This document shows, in pieces, positions 51,690 through 64,000 of a DNA stretch of 64,000 bases; within the stretch, counting starts at the first letter, position 1; every line of letters starts with the position of its first letter. The translations under genes and the position numbers were made by a program. The notes beneath the pieces were generated by a model. That model saw nothing but the letters and a program-made list of their open reading frames with translations. It searched no databases and was not told where the DNA came from. The DNA comes from Mobula hypostoma (taxonomy: Eukaryota), in NCBI RefSeq assembly GCF_963921235.1, contig NC_086108.1, positions 93,312,001 to 93,376,000 of the forward strand. The letters are read 5' to 3'.

Positions 51690-54600
51690 GACCAGCACCC
51701 AATCACAGACTGGAAGCCTGAGAAGATGTAGTTCACACAGGTTTGCCAATTGACTAGAAGAGGGCAGTTGACTCACAGCAATTTGGAGCTTTGAGCAGCA
51801 GCCAATCAGAGTTTGGGATTGATTGTCAAGATGGAATTAAAGTAAGGCAGGGGCAGTTGGTGTGGCCATTGTCAGAATAGCCATGGTTGAAGGGGACAGA
51901 GTTAGAGTTGGGATTTTGAGGCTTCAGTAAGGAGAAGCTTGAGGCTTGAATGAGAGACGGCAAAAAAGTTGTAGGTAGAGTTTTTTCTCCCCCTGCTGCA
52001 TTTTATGCTTTTTTTCCTTCTTTATATTTGCTCAGCTAGAACAATAGAGATGCCAGGCAAGATAGTGGAATGCTCCTCTTGCTGGATGTGGGAAGGCAGG
52101 GAGACCTCCAGAAGGCTGTGGAGGCTGAGTCTCTGGATGCTTTCAAAAAAGAGATGGATAGAGCTCTTAATGATAGCGGAATCAAAGGTTATGGGGATAA
52201 GGCAGGAACTGGATACTGATTGTGGATGATCAGCCATGATCACAGTGAATGTTGGTGCTGGCTCAAAGGGCCGAATGGCCTACTCTTGCACCTATTGTCT
52301 ATTGTCTACACCTGCAAGAAGTGCATCCAGCCACAGCTTCTAACACTCCGTGTTAAAGAGTTAGAGCTGGAACTAGATGAACTCCAAATCATTCAGGAGG
52401 CTGAGGGGGTGATAGGTAGGACATATAGAGAAATAGTTACACACAAGGCACAGGACACAGGAAACTGGGCGACTGTCAGGAAAAGGAAAGGGGTTAGACA
52501 GCCAGAGTACCTCTGTGGCCATCCCCCTCAACTACAGGCATGCCACTTTGGATACTGTTGAGGGGGAATGACCTAGCAGAGGAAAGTTACAGTGGTTGGG
52601 TCTCTGGCATTATCTGGATCCATGAAGGGAAGTGGGGGGGAGAAGGGACAAACTGTGGTAATAGGGGATTCATTAGTTAGGGGATCAGAAACGAGGTTCT
52701 GTGGATGAGAACAAAATTCCAAAATGGTATGTTGTCTCCTGAGTGCCAAGATCCAGAACGTTTTGGATCGAGTCTCAGCATTCTTAAGTGGGACAGTAAA
52801 TTGACAGAAGACGTTGTCCTTGGAAGTACCAATGATGTAGGTAGAAAAAGTGATGAGGTTCTACAGAGTGAGTTCAGGAAGTTAGGTGCTAAAAGGACAG
52901 AACCTACAGGATTGTGATCTCAGGATTGCTACCAGTGCCATGTACTAGTGAGGCCAGAACTAGGAAGATTATACAGTTTAATACGTGACTAAGAAGTTGG
53001 TGGAGGAGGGAGGGCGTAAGATTTTTCAATCATTGGGCTCTCTTCCAGAAAAGATGTGACCTTTACAGAAGGGACAGTTTGTACTTGAACTGGAGGGGAA
53101 CTAATATCCTTGCAGGAAGGTTTGCTGGAGCTGCACGGTGTGGTTTAAACTAGAATCAAAGGGGGATGGGAACCAGAGTGCCAGAATGGATAGTGGAGAG
53201 GTCGTGGAAGCAGATGTTGGTCTGACCTCAAAGTCAGGAACCAAAAGGTTGAGCATGGTGTGACTATTGTCTTAAGTTGTGTATATTTCAATACCACAAG
53301 TATCATAGGAAAGGCAGGTAAGCTCAGGGTATGGATCAACACCTGGAATTATGATTTTGTAGTTATTAGTGAGACTTGTTTGCAGGAGGGATAGGACTGG
53401 TAGCTCAATATTCTGACTTCCGTTGTTTTAGACGTGACAGAGCAGTAATGATTGAAGGAGGAGGGGTGGCACTACTATTCAGGGAAAACGTCATGGCAGT
53501 GCTCAGTGAGGACAGACCGGAGAACTCGTCTGGTGGGGTGTTAGGGGTGGAACTGAGAAATAAGAAAGGAATGACCATGTTAATGGGGCTATATTACTGA
53601 TCACTCAACAGTCCAAAGGATTTAGAGGAACAAATTTGTTTAGGAGATCACAGACTGTTGCAAGAAACATAAGTTTATTATAGTAGGAGATTTTAACTTT
53701 CCACATACTGACTGGGATTCCCATACTGTAAAAGGACTAGGTGGGATAGGGTATGCCAAATGTGTTCAGGAAAGTTTCCTTAATTGGTTCATAAAAGTCC
53801 CATTGAGAGAGTGTGCGATACTGAATCTGCTATTAGGCAATGAGACAGGGCAGGTGACAGAAGTTTGTGTAGGGGAACACTTTGTGTCTAGTGACCACAG
53901 TGCCATTAGTTTCAAAGTAAATATGCAAAAAGATAGGCCTGATCTGTGGTTTGAGATTCTAAATTGGAAAAAGGCCAATTTTGATGGTATCTGAAAGGAT
54001 CTGGCAGTGTGGACTGGGACAGACTGTTTTCTGGCAAAGGAGTACTTGATAAAGTGGAGACCTTCAAAAGTTAAATTTTTGAGAGTACAAAGCTTGTATG
54101 TGACTGTCAGAATAAAACATAGAGATCAAAGTATAGGGGACCTTTGTTTTCAAGAGATATTTAAGTCCTGGTTAAGGAAAAAAGAGTTACTTAGCGGGTA
54201 TAGGCAGGTAGGAACAAATGATGTACTTATGGAGTATAAGAAATGCTAGAGAACACTTAAGAAAGAAATCAAGAAGGCATGAGGTTGCCCTAGCAGACCA
54301 GGTGAAGGAGAATCCTAAGGAATTTTACAGATATATTAAGAGCAAAAGTATTGCAAGGAACAAAATTGGTCTTCTGGAAAATCAGGTTGGTAACCTATAC
54401 ATGGTATAAATGGGGTGCTTATAGATTATAAGAAATGCAAGAGTACACTTAAGAAAGAATTCAGGAAGGCTAAAAGAAGGTATATTGTTGCCCTAGTAGA
54501 CAAATTGAAGGAGAATCCAAAGGGATTCTACATACATGCTAAGAGCAAAAGCATTACAAGGGACAAAATTGATCCTCTGGAAGATCAGAATGGTAATCCA

Positions 54601-56250
54601 TGTGTGGAGCCAAAAGAGACGGGGGAGATCTTAAGTAATTTTTTTACACCTGTATTTATTCAGGAGACAGATACAGATTCCACAGAAGTGAGACAAAATG
54701 GAGTTAACTTCATGGACCCTATACAGATTACAGAAAAGGAGGTGTTTGCTACCCTGGGGCAAAGTAAGGTGGCTAAATCCCCAGGACCTGACAAGATGTT
54801 CCCTTGGACTCCGCAGGAGGCAAATGTAGAAATTGCCAGGGCCCTGAGATAATTAGATCATCCTTAGTGACAGGCGAAATACCAGAGGGTTGGAGGATAG
54901 CCAACATCATTCCCCCATTCAAGAAAGGCTCTAAGAATAAACAAGGAAATTATAGGCCTGTGAGCCTGACATCAGTACCGTAATGGGAAAGCTGTTGGAA
55001 GGTATTCTGAGGGACAGGACATATTTGGATAAACGTGGACTGATTAAGGATTGTCAGCATGACTTTGTGCGTGGTAGGTCATGTCTAAACAATCTTGGAG
55101 TTTTTCAAGGAAGTTGCCAGGAAAGGGAATTAAGGCAGGTGAGTGAACGTTGTCTACATGGACTTTAGCAAGGCATTTGACAAGGTTCCACATGGGAGGT
55201 TGGTCAAGAAGGTTCAGTGGCTCAGCATTCAAGATGAGGCAGTAGATTGGATTAGACATTTGCTTTGTGGGAAAAGCTGGAGAGTGATAGTAGATGCTTG
55301 TCTCTCTGACTGGAGACCTGTGACTAGTGGTGTGCTGCAGGGATCAGTGCTGGGTCTGTTGTTGTTCGTCATCTATAGTCACAATGATAATGTGGATAAC
55401 TGGATGAGCAAATTTGAGGATGACATCGAGATTAAGGGTGTAATGGGCTGAAAAATGGCAGATGAAATTTAATGCAGACAAGAGCAAGGTGTTGCACTTT
55501 GGTAAGACCAACCAGGGGAGATCTTACACAGCGAACAGTAGGGCACGGAGGAGTATGGTAGAACATAGGGATGGGGGAATACAGGTCCATAAGTTGTTGC
55601 AAATGGCATCACGGGTAGATAGGGTCATTAAGAAAGCTTTTGACACATTGACCTTTTTAAATGAAAGTATTGAGTACAGGAGATGGGATGTTACGTTGAA
55701 GTTGTATAAGACATTGGTGAAGCCTAATTTGGAGTATTGTGTGCAGTTTTGGTCTCTCACTTACAGGAAAGATGTAAATAAAGTTGAAAGAGTACGGAAA
55801 AAAAATTACAAGGATGTTGCCAGGTCTACAAGGAAAGATTGAATAGGTTAGGACTTTATTCCTTGGAACGTAGATGATTTAAGGGAGATTTGATAGAGGT
55901 ATACAAAATTATGAGGGGTACAGATAGGGTAAATGTCAGTGGGCTTTTTCCACTGAGGTTGGGTGGGACTACAACCAGAGGTCATGGGTTAAGAGTGAAA
56001 GGTGAAAAGTTTAAGGGGAACCTTCTTCACACAGAGGGTCATGAGAGTGCGGAAAGAGTTGCCAGCACAAGTGGTGCATGCAAGCTCGATTTCAACATTT
56101 AAGAGAAGTTTGGATAGGTGAATGAACGGTAGGACAAGGGACTGTGGTCCCAGTGCAGGTTGATGGGAGTAGGCAGTTTAAATGTTTCGGCACAGAGTGA
56201 ATGGGCTGAAGGGCATGTTTCTGTGCTGTACTTCTCTCTATAATTCTATA
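51690..56250 (+). mobile_element. Full-length-like degraded CR1 between ABCD3 and the ACP5-like gene
   Basis: ORF1 CSSCWMW..TCKKC, interrupted by a CR1 3' fragment at ~52110-52305 with a (TATTGTC)n tail. Esterase [27 protein letters not shown], and 3' UTR. Confidence 0.88.
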
Positions 56251-56459
56251 ACCTATAAAAAGACCATCAAGCACCCAATGTGCTGAGAGAGAAAAAAACA
56301 AATCATGCAAACAATAAAAGTAAGCAAATAGCATTCAGAGCAAAAGTGAGTCCACAGACACAAAGTCTGGAGCAGGTCATAGCCTCAGCCTGTTTAGCAC
56401 ACAGCTGAGTAAACATTGCAGAGCAATGAGCACAAACCACACTCAATACACCACATAAC

Positions 56460-57965
56460 ATGTCATAGTCATAGTATTTATATGACATGAAAACACAGAC
56501 CTTTTGGCTGACCAAGATGCCAAATCCAGGTTAGTCCCCCTTGCCAGTGTTTGGCCCATAACTTTTTAACTCTTTCCAATCAATGTACCTGTCCAACAGT
56601 CTTTTAAAAGTAAACAACAGGAATTCTGCAGATGCTGGAAATTCAAGCAACACACATCAAAGTTGCTGGTGAACGCAGCAGGCCAGGCAGCATCTGTAGG
56701 AAGAGGTGCAGTCGACGTTTCAGGCTGAGACCCTTCGTCAGGACTAACTGAAGGAAGTAAGTGAGTAAGGGATTTGAAAGTTGGAGGGGGAGGGGGAGAT
56801 CCAAAATGATAGGAGAAGACAGGAGGGGGAGGGATAGAGCCAAGAGCTGGACAGGTGATAGGCAAAGGGGAATACGACAGGATCATGGGACAGGAGGTCC
56901 CATGATCCTTATAAAAGTCCTTATTATACCTGCTTTAGTCACTTCCTCTGGCAGTTCATAGTAGATACCACCCGTTCCATAAAAAAGTTGCCCCTCAAGT
57001 TCCTCTTAAATCTTTCCCCTCTTACCGTAACCCTATGCCCTCTAGTTGATTCCCCAGCCCTGGGGAAAAGACTGAGTGCATTCAGCCTAACTGCACCCCT
57101 CATGATTTTATATACCTCTATTGATCACTTCTCATTAAGTGATCTATACTCCAAGGAATAAAGTCATAGCCTGTCTAACCTCTCCCTATTACTCAATGCC
57201 CCAAGTCCTGACAACATCCTTATAAATCTTTTCTAACCAGTGTAATAAAGTATTTTCTACAGCCAGAGCTGCCACAAACTCTTATCTAGCCTCCCAAAGT
57301 GTTCTTTTAAGACATCCAACACCTCCTATACTCCATCTCCAAGACCATCCATTTACTTTTCCTAGCTCCAAAGTCCTTTCTCCACAGTAAAAACAGCGGA
57401 GAAATATTCACATAGGATCCTGACTCATTTCCTGTGCCTCCCCAGAAAGGTATCTCCTTAAGGGACCCTATTTTCTCTCTCCAGTTACTCTTTTTTCCTT
57501 AATATACTTATAAAATGGATTTTCCTTAATCTTTGCCAAAGTTATCTGGTCCCATTCATGCCCTCCTTATTTTCTTCAAGTACATTCCTGCATCCCTTAT
57601 ACTCATCTAGCTGCTTGTAACTGACATTTCTTCTTTCCTGGTAAGGGCTTAATGTCCCTCATCATCCAGGGTTTCCTCCTCCTGCCAGCCTTGTCCTTCA
57701 CTCTAACAGGAACCTGAAGACCTTGATCGCACGCTATCTAAGCCTGTAAAAGCCTCCCATTTGCCTTGCCCCTTTGACTGCAAACAACCTACCTAATCAA
57801 CCTTTGCAAGTTCCTGCCTCATATTGTCAAAGTTCACCTTGCTCCAATTTAGAACATGAACCTGTAGACCAGTTCTGCCCCTTTCCATCACTACTTTAAA
57901 ACTAATAGAACTATGGTCACTGGTCCCAAAGTGCTCCCCTATTGTCACCTCAGTCATTTTCCCAG
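56460..57965 (-). mobile_element. Old CR1 fragment with a Penelope-like insert (~56611-56900)
   Basis: Reverse CR1 3' UTR/tail (CATAGT)n and APE-region remnant (EHFGTSDHSSISFK on the minus strand). Confidence 0.65.
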
Positions 57966-57969
57966 TAAG

Positions 57970-58433
57970 TGACTGAGTAGTTCAGTGATCAAAAAATCAA
58001 AATATTTACTCATACAACATTAACACACAGAACTTAACATTCACTGTCTTTATTTTTTCTGTAAAACATTAGGAAATGAATTGTAGATATCAAATTATTG
58101 CATAACAAGAACATGCCATTATGTAGTGCATTCCTAGGTTACTTCATTTGTACTGTACATTAAACATTACAAGTTATTTTTATTACAGTATTAATTCAAA
58201 CATTTCCTAGATGAACATTACTGGGTCATTACTGGATCTCATTATTAATATTTCCAAATATACAGCTCTCGACAAGACTACAAATTAATCAATAGTTCAA
58301 TTTTATTACAGTATTTTAAAACTGAGAATTAATTACAAACTGAAATATTTAGTGCAGGATAAAATGCATATTGTACAGACTTCTTTTGCAAGTCATCCAC
58401 TTCCTCTGTCAGAAACAGATCGACAGATGGATT
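57970..58433 (-). other. ABCD3: ABCD3 AU-rich 3' UTR with candidate AATAAA signals
   Basis: AT-rich unique sequence after the stop codon. Minus-strand AATAAA at 58302-58307, 58179-58184 and 58049-58054. The 3' end is approximate. Confidence 0.55.
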
Positions 58434-58511
58434 TTAAGAACCAAATTCTACTGTGTCAGCAGTAATTGGCTTAAATTCATAATTCCCTCTGCCATCCATG
58501 TGCAGATAATA
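58434..58511 (-). CDS. ABCD3: ABCD3 last coding exon YYLHMDGRGNYEFKPITADTVEFGS*
   Basis: Acceptor ttttgttctcag|, 78 nt to TAA. Characteristic ABCD3 C-terminus DTVEFGS. Confidence 0.97.
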   Translation of the reverse strand, partial: YYLHMDGRGNYEFKPITADTVEFGS

Positions 58512-59371
58512 CTGAGAACAAAAGAAAAACAATGTTATAAATCATAAGAAAACCAAGAACAGGTTAGGAGAAATTAATATGAACAATCATGAAATTAGTA
58601 CTAATAACAATTGGGAAAATGAGGGTGCATTTTGAACTACTGAGCCAGTAAATGGTTAAATCATCCAAATCAAATTTTAATTGTATTTTGAGATTAAAGA
58701 TAATTTATTGAGGTATTAAGAAATTTAAAGAGTTACTTTCTTCATACAAAATGTACTGCAGGTTGTATTGTTTCCTTCAGCAATGTTTAAAACGCATGCA
58801 TGTTCACAAATACGTACAAATAACCATTATATTATGCACCATTTCATAATGCAGCTCATTTTAGCAGGATTAGGTACCTAATTACTGCAACAGCTTGCAG
58901 GAAGAGTAGTTTAAATTTAAGTTGCTTAAGATTGATAAGAATCTAACAATTCTATTCTGGAGTTTTAGCAGTGGCTTTTCTGACAGTGTTGAACCTGAAC
59001 AATATTACAAGTTTAAGTGAAATGGACTAACAGGCCTATTTTAAGTTTACAACTCCACGGACACAAATTCAAATTAGACAATACTAAATAATTTGATCTT
59101 CACGGGCCATGGTCAAATGAAACTATAGTACCTACAGTCAAAGCAATGAGGATATCACCAGTTTGGGTGTAGAAGTTTAACATACGAATACTCAACCCAA
59201 GAATTCCAGTGGAATAAAACTAATTTTGTTAAATTAACCTGTTCTTGTGCTTTCAGTTCTGTTTTGTTTAGCTTACTCTGCTAAAATAGACACTACTATT
59301 ACATCCAACAGAGAACACATTACCCATCCTGTCTGCTGGTTGCTCTCTCAGAGACAGTTTCCCACACGATA

Positions 59372-60779
59372 CAGTGCCTTGCAGAAGTATTCCGTCCCCA
59401 ACCCTTTGTTCACATAAATGACTATTACAGCCAGGGACTTGATCAATTTAACTGGAATTTTTATTTGTGAATTACATGCATTTTTTTCATAATTACAACC
59501 AAAGATAGGGGAAAATTGTAAAGCATGAAAAACTAAAAATTCAAGAAATGAAATGTTAGCAGTTCAAAAGCATTCATCCCCCTTTGTTACAGTTGAACCA
59601 CCTCTCGCAGCTATTACAGCCAGTAGTCTTTTTGAATATGTCTCTAGTAATTTTGCACAAAGTGATAAAGCAGGATTTGCCCATTCCTCCATGCAAAATA
59701 GCTCCAAGCTGTGCCAGGTTAATTGAAGAGCAGAGTAATTTATGAGGTCTTGCTAGAGATATTCGATCAGGTTAAAGTCAAGACTCTGACTGCGCCACTC
59801 AAGGACGTCAATTTTCCTCATTTGAAGCCACCCCATAGCATGATGCTACCTCCACCATACCTTACAGTATGGATGGTGTTACCTGGCAGATGCACGGTAT
59901 TAGATTTACGCCACTCACACGACTTAATACTGAGGCCAAAAAGTTCCACTTTACTTTCTTCCGACTACAAGACTTTCTTCCACATGTTTACAGTATCTTC
60001 TAAACTGTGCTTTGCAAAGTCTTTATGGGCAAGGATATGCTTTTTTTTTGCCAGAGCTTCATCTTTGCCACTCTTCCATAAAGACCCTTTTGTGCAAGGC
60101 CTTAGAGATTGTGGAGCCATGAACTTCATCTCCAGTTGCAGCTGATGACTTCTGCAGCTTGCTCAGTGACTGTTGGCATCACAGTAGCCTCTCTCGTAAG
60201 TGCCATTTTTCTCTGGCGACTAAGTTTAGAGAGGTGGTCTGACCTAGACACTGTGACTGTAGTTCAATTTTTTTTCCATTTTTTCACGATGCACTGAGCT
60301 CCAAGGTAAGTTCATGCCTTTGAGATAGTCTTGTACCCTTCCCCAGATTTGTGTTTCTCTATTATCATTTCCCTGACTTGTTTTGTATGCTCTTTTGCCT
60401 TCATTTTGGTTTGGTCTGCAGAAAACCTACCATACTGTTGGATCTTACAGACCGAGGGGTATTTATTCTTATAAATTCATTGAAAACGGGAGTGATCCTC
60501 CAATTTTCTACATCAACAAATTGGGTGAGTTGGAAGGGTAATAAGGTAATGCGCCTGAGCAAAGTTAGTGTAGTAACTACAAAGGGGATGAATACTTTTT
60601 TAGCCTCACAATTGGGTTTTTAAGTTTTAGTAAATTGTTGAGAAGTTTTGGAATTCTTCTTTTGATTTGACATGATGCACAAAGTTTTGTAGCTTAGCTC
60701 AAAAATCCTACAATATATTTTAAATTTACAAAATGAGAAAGAAAATAGTTGTGGTAGCTGAATACTTTTTCAAGCACTG
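59372..60779 (-). mobile_element. Tc1 transposon with both TIRs, in the last intron of ABCD3
   Basis: TA|CAGTGCCTTGCAGAAGTATTC ... GAATACTTTTTCAAGCACTG|TA. Degraded minus-strand transposase ([10 protein letters not shown] motif). Confidence 0.88.
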
Positions 60780-60912
60780 TAACTGTTTAAGATTACGCTC
60801 GAGGATAAAGTGCAAACTTGCTAATAACTTCTGGTTTTTTTTTAGAAGAATTCACTATTTATTTCATGGATTTTCTTCTGCATTTCCAGTCTGTTGACAT
60901 TTCATTACTAAC

Positions 60913-60969
60913 CTCATGATGAGTCCAGAGAGACTTTCTGTGTGACACAGTGAACAAAGTGATGCCAAC
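60913..60969 (-). CDS. ABCD3: ABCD3 penultimate exon VGITLFTVSHRKSLWTHHE
   Basis: Acceptor ttcccaaaag|, donor GAG|gttagt, 57 nt. H-loop (VSHR). Confidence 0.96.
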
Positions 60970-61525
60970 CTTTTGGGAAAAAAATCATTATGGATGACAA
61001 TCTTCACAAAGGACAAAATATTAATTGTCAATAGGCACAAAGATTGTATTATAGACTCTTTTATATCTTTTACATAAGTCTAAATAGTACAAAATGATGT
61101 ATATAAAATACTACAAAGTTTATGCATTAAAATTCATTACGGGAACACAAAGCAATCAGATCAAACATACTTAGCCACAGAAGAACTGTAACTCTTAGCT
61201 TTACATTCCTCACTCTCACAAAGTACATTCATGTTCTCCATTGCACTATCGTTAAGGTATATTTGACGTTTGAAAAAGTAATTTCGACATGAAGAACAAT
61301 AGAGGAAGAGAGAGGATGTATTTTAAACTAGTTTTAAGATTTCCGTTAGCAATAAGTAAACATCATATAAACATGTCAATTAAAGAATAACACACGATTC
61401 AAATGTTAGTTTCAATTTCTTTTATAATTCAAGAGGACTTGAAGTATTAAGAATTATAATGTAAATACATTGTTGCTGAAATACATATTTTATGTAATGT
61501 TTCCTTCTTCAGCATCATGGCTTAC

Positions 61526-61630
61526 CTTTCTGCAGTGGCTGTAGATATAGCCTTCAACATCAACACTAACTGCGCTGGTACATTCATCTAAAATAGCAAA
61601 CTGTGGTTTGTGGTAGAATAATCGAGCCAT
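61526..61630 (-). CDS. ABCD3: ABCD3 (PMP70) internal exon [35 protein letters not shown]
   Basis: Acceptor taatatag|, donor AAG|gtaagc, 105 nt. Walker B/D-loop [10 protein letters not shown]. Matches the vertebrate ABCD3 sequence as I recall it. Confidence 0.97.
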
Positions 61631-61776
61631 CTATATTAAAATAAGTGAAATTAAATCATGTTAACAGGTGCCCACTGAGGTCACTTTTTGCTCAGTCAGA
61701 TAGTCCCTTCAATCATATTAGCCATGCGACTTCCAGATTTCATAATAAATAGTAAATATTAGTTGGGCGAACAACA

Positions 61777-62253
61777 CACTCAGTGTCCAATTTATTTGGT
61801 ACACCCCTGTACACCTGCTTGTTAATATCTAATCAGCCAATCATGTGGCAGCAACTTAATGCAAAAAAGTTGTTATTCAGACCAAACATGAGAATGGGGA
61901 AGAAACGTGATCTAAGTCACTTTGACCATGGAATGATTGTTAGTGCTGGATGGGGTGATTTCAGTATCTCAGAAATTGCTGATCTCCTGGGATTTTAGAG
62001 AATGGTACTCAAAACACAATGCAGCCAGTGAACGGCAGTTCTGTGGGCACAAACATTTTGTTAAGGAGAAAGTCCAGACTGGTTCAAGTTGACAGGAAGG
62101 CAACATGAACTCAAAGAACCATGCATTACAACAATGGCATGCATAAGAATATCTCTGAACACACAGGTCGAACTTTGAGGTCGATGGGCTACAGCAGCAG
62201 AAGACTATGAACATATACTCTGTGGCCACTTTATCATAATGCAGCCACTGAGT
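61777..62253 (+). mobile_element. Non-autonomous Tc1-derived element
   Basis: Same family TIR CACTCAGTG.CCA and body. Confidence 0.75.
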
Positions 62254-62454
62254 AAATCCCTATAACTGGAGAAGAGAAATATGCATTGATTTATACTGGC
62301 ATCAAAATCAGCACATCACAGGCTGAATGGCCTGTACAATGCTGTACTGTTCTATGTTCAGGTAGTGGTTGCAACACAAGCCTTAGGATAAATTATTAGT
62401 GGTAAATGCATTGAACAGTGAAACTTCACTAAAACAATGAAAATAAATCCTAAA

Positions 62455-63090
62455 TCAGGTGCTCCTGATGCAGCCTCCCCTACGTTGCTGAGACCTGACA
62501 CAGATTGGGCGACTGCTCTGTCCAGCACCTTCACTCCTTTTGCAAAAAGCAGGATGTTCCGGTGGCTAACCATTTAGTTTCAATCCCCATTCCCATTCTG
62601 ACATGTCAGTCCATGGCCTCCTCTACTGCCATGATGAGGCCATTCTTCAGGTTGGAGGAACAATACCTCATATTCCATCTGTGTAGCCTCCAGCCAGATG
62701 GCATGAATATCGATTTCTACAACTTCTGGTAATTTTTCCACCTCCTTCCCACTTCTTCAATTCTCCATTTTTGCTCCCCTCTTACCTCTTCCCTTCTCCT
62801 CACCTGCTTATTACCTCCCTCTGATGTCCCTCGCCCTTTCCTTTCTCTAGTCCACCCTCTCCCATCAGATTCCTTCACCTTTTTCACCTACCACCTTCCA
62901 GTTTGCACTTCCTTGCCCTCCCACCACCTTCTTATTTTGGCTTCTTCCTCTTTCTTTTCAGTGCTGAAGGGTCCCGGCCCAAATCTGGACTGTTTATTCA
63001 ATTCCATAGATGTTGCCTGTCCTGCTGAGTTCCTCCAGCATTTTGTGTGTATTGCTCTGGATTTCCAGCATCTACAGAATCTCTTGTGTC
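62455..63090 (+). mobile_element. Penelope-like element 3' fragment (GIY-YIG region)
   Basis: YVAET*HRLGDCSVQHL..PVANH..RLEEQYLIF..LQPDGMNIDF, followed by a pyrimidine-rich UTR and the recurrent terminal unit. Confidence 0.7.
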
Positions 63091-63537
63091 CTGAATTGCA
63101 TCATTTAGTTCACTGTTTACAATTTAGAAAAATTTGAATGCACAGTCTAAGAAAGTCTGACACACGATAATAAGACATGTTCATGAACTCATCTAAAGAT
63201 TAGGTTTATTTGTCAGGCGAGCATCATAACATACAGTGAAATTCCTCCAGCATTTTGGGTGTGTTGCTTTAGATTTCCAGCATCTGCAAACTTTCTGGTT
63301 TTAATTATATAGTGAAATTCGTTATTTGCATCAAATCAAATCAGCAAGGATTGTGGTAGGCAGCCGCAAGTATTATCACATTTTTGGCACAAAAAAACTC
63401 ATAGAAACTCAAAGGGTCACCGGGAGAGCATACAGGCTGCGGCAGGAATTGAATCCTGATCCATAATCACAGGTGCTATAAACTGATGCACTAACCTCTA
63501 TGCTACTGTCCAAGTCAACAGAAGAACATTAAGTAAG

Positions 63538-64000
63538 CTGGACAAAAAAGACACGTACGTTCGAATACCATTCATAGATTTCAGCTCAGCATTCAACACA
63601 ATCATTCCTCAGAAATTGATTGGAAAACTGAGCCTACTGGGCCTGAACACCTCCCTCTGCAACTGGATCCTAGACTTCCTGACTGGGAGACCTCAGTCAG
63701 TCCGGACTGGAAGCAGCATCTCCAACACCATCACACTGAGCATGGGGGCCCCCCAGGCCTGTGTGCTCAGTCCACTGCTGTTCACTCTGCTGACCCACAA
63801 CTGTGCTGCAATACACAACTCGAACCACATCATCAAATCCGCCGATGACATGACCGTGGTGGGTCTCATCAGCAAGAACGATGAGTCAGCATACAGAAAG
63901 GAGATGCAGCGGCTAATGGACTGGTGTAGAGCCAACAACCTGTCTCTGAATGTGAACAAAACAAAGGAGATAGTTGTTGACTTCAGGAGGACACGGAACG
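63538..64000 (+). mobile_element. Rex1-like LINE RT fragment, open to the window end
   Basis: [34 protein letters not shown] and [15 protein letters not shown]. Confidence 0.9.

Overview
Repeat-rich vertebrate genomic DNA, most likely from a cartilaginous fish (ray/shark, inferred from the CR1/Rex1/Penelope/SINE repertoire). It is not prokaryotic, and most entries in the ORF track are transposon remnants or noise. Two spliced minus-strand genes can be read directly. (1) The last three coding exons and 3' UTR of ABCD3/PMP70 (61630 to 58434). (2) About 7.6 kb downstream, a complete six-exon, 984-nt CDS (50791 to 11590; 327 aa) for a secreted purple acid phosphatase of the ACP5/TRAP family. It has all seven metal ligands, canonical GT-AG introns and consistent phases. 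The most interesting point is its position next to ABCD3, where mammals have no ACP5, together with a remodelled regulatory loop (no Asp-Asp), GDGGG instead of GDWGG, and two extra introns. It looks like a separate ACP5 paralogue, possibly a 2R ohnologue, rather than the mammalian orthologue. The rest is a nest of CR1, Rex1-like, L1, R4/Dong-type, Penelope-like, Gypsy LTR, Tc1, hAT and SINE elements, several of them close to ACP5 splice signals. Repeat boundaries are approximate and family names are assigned by eye.
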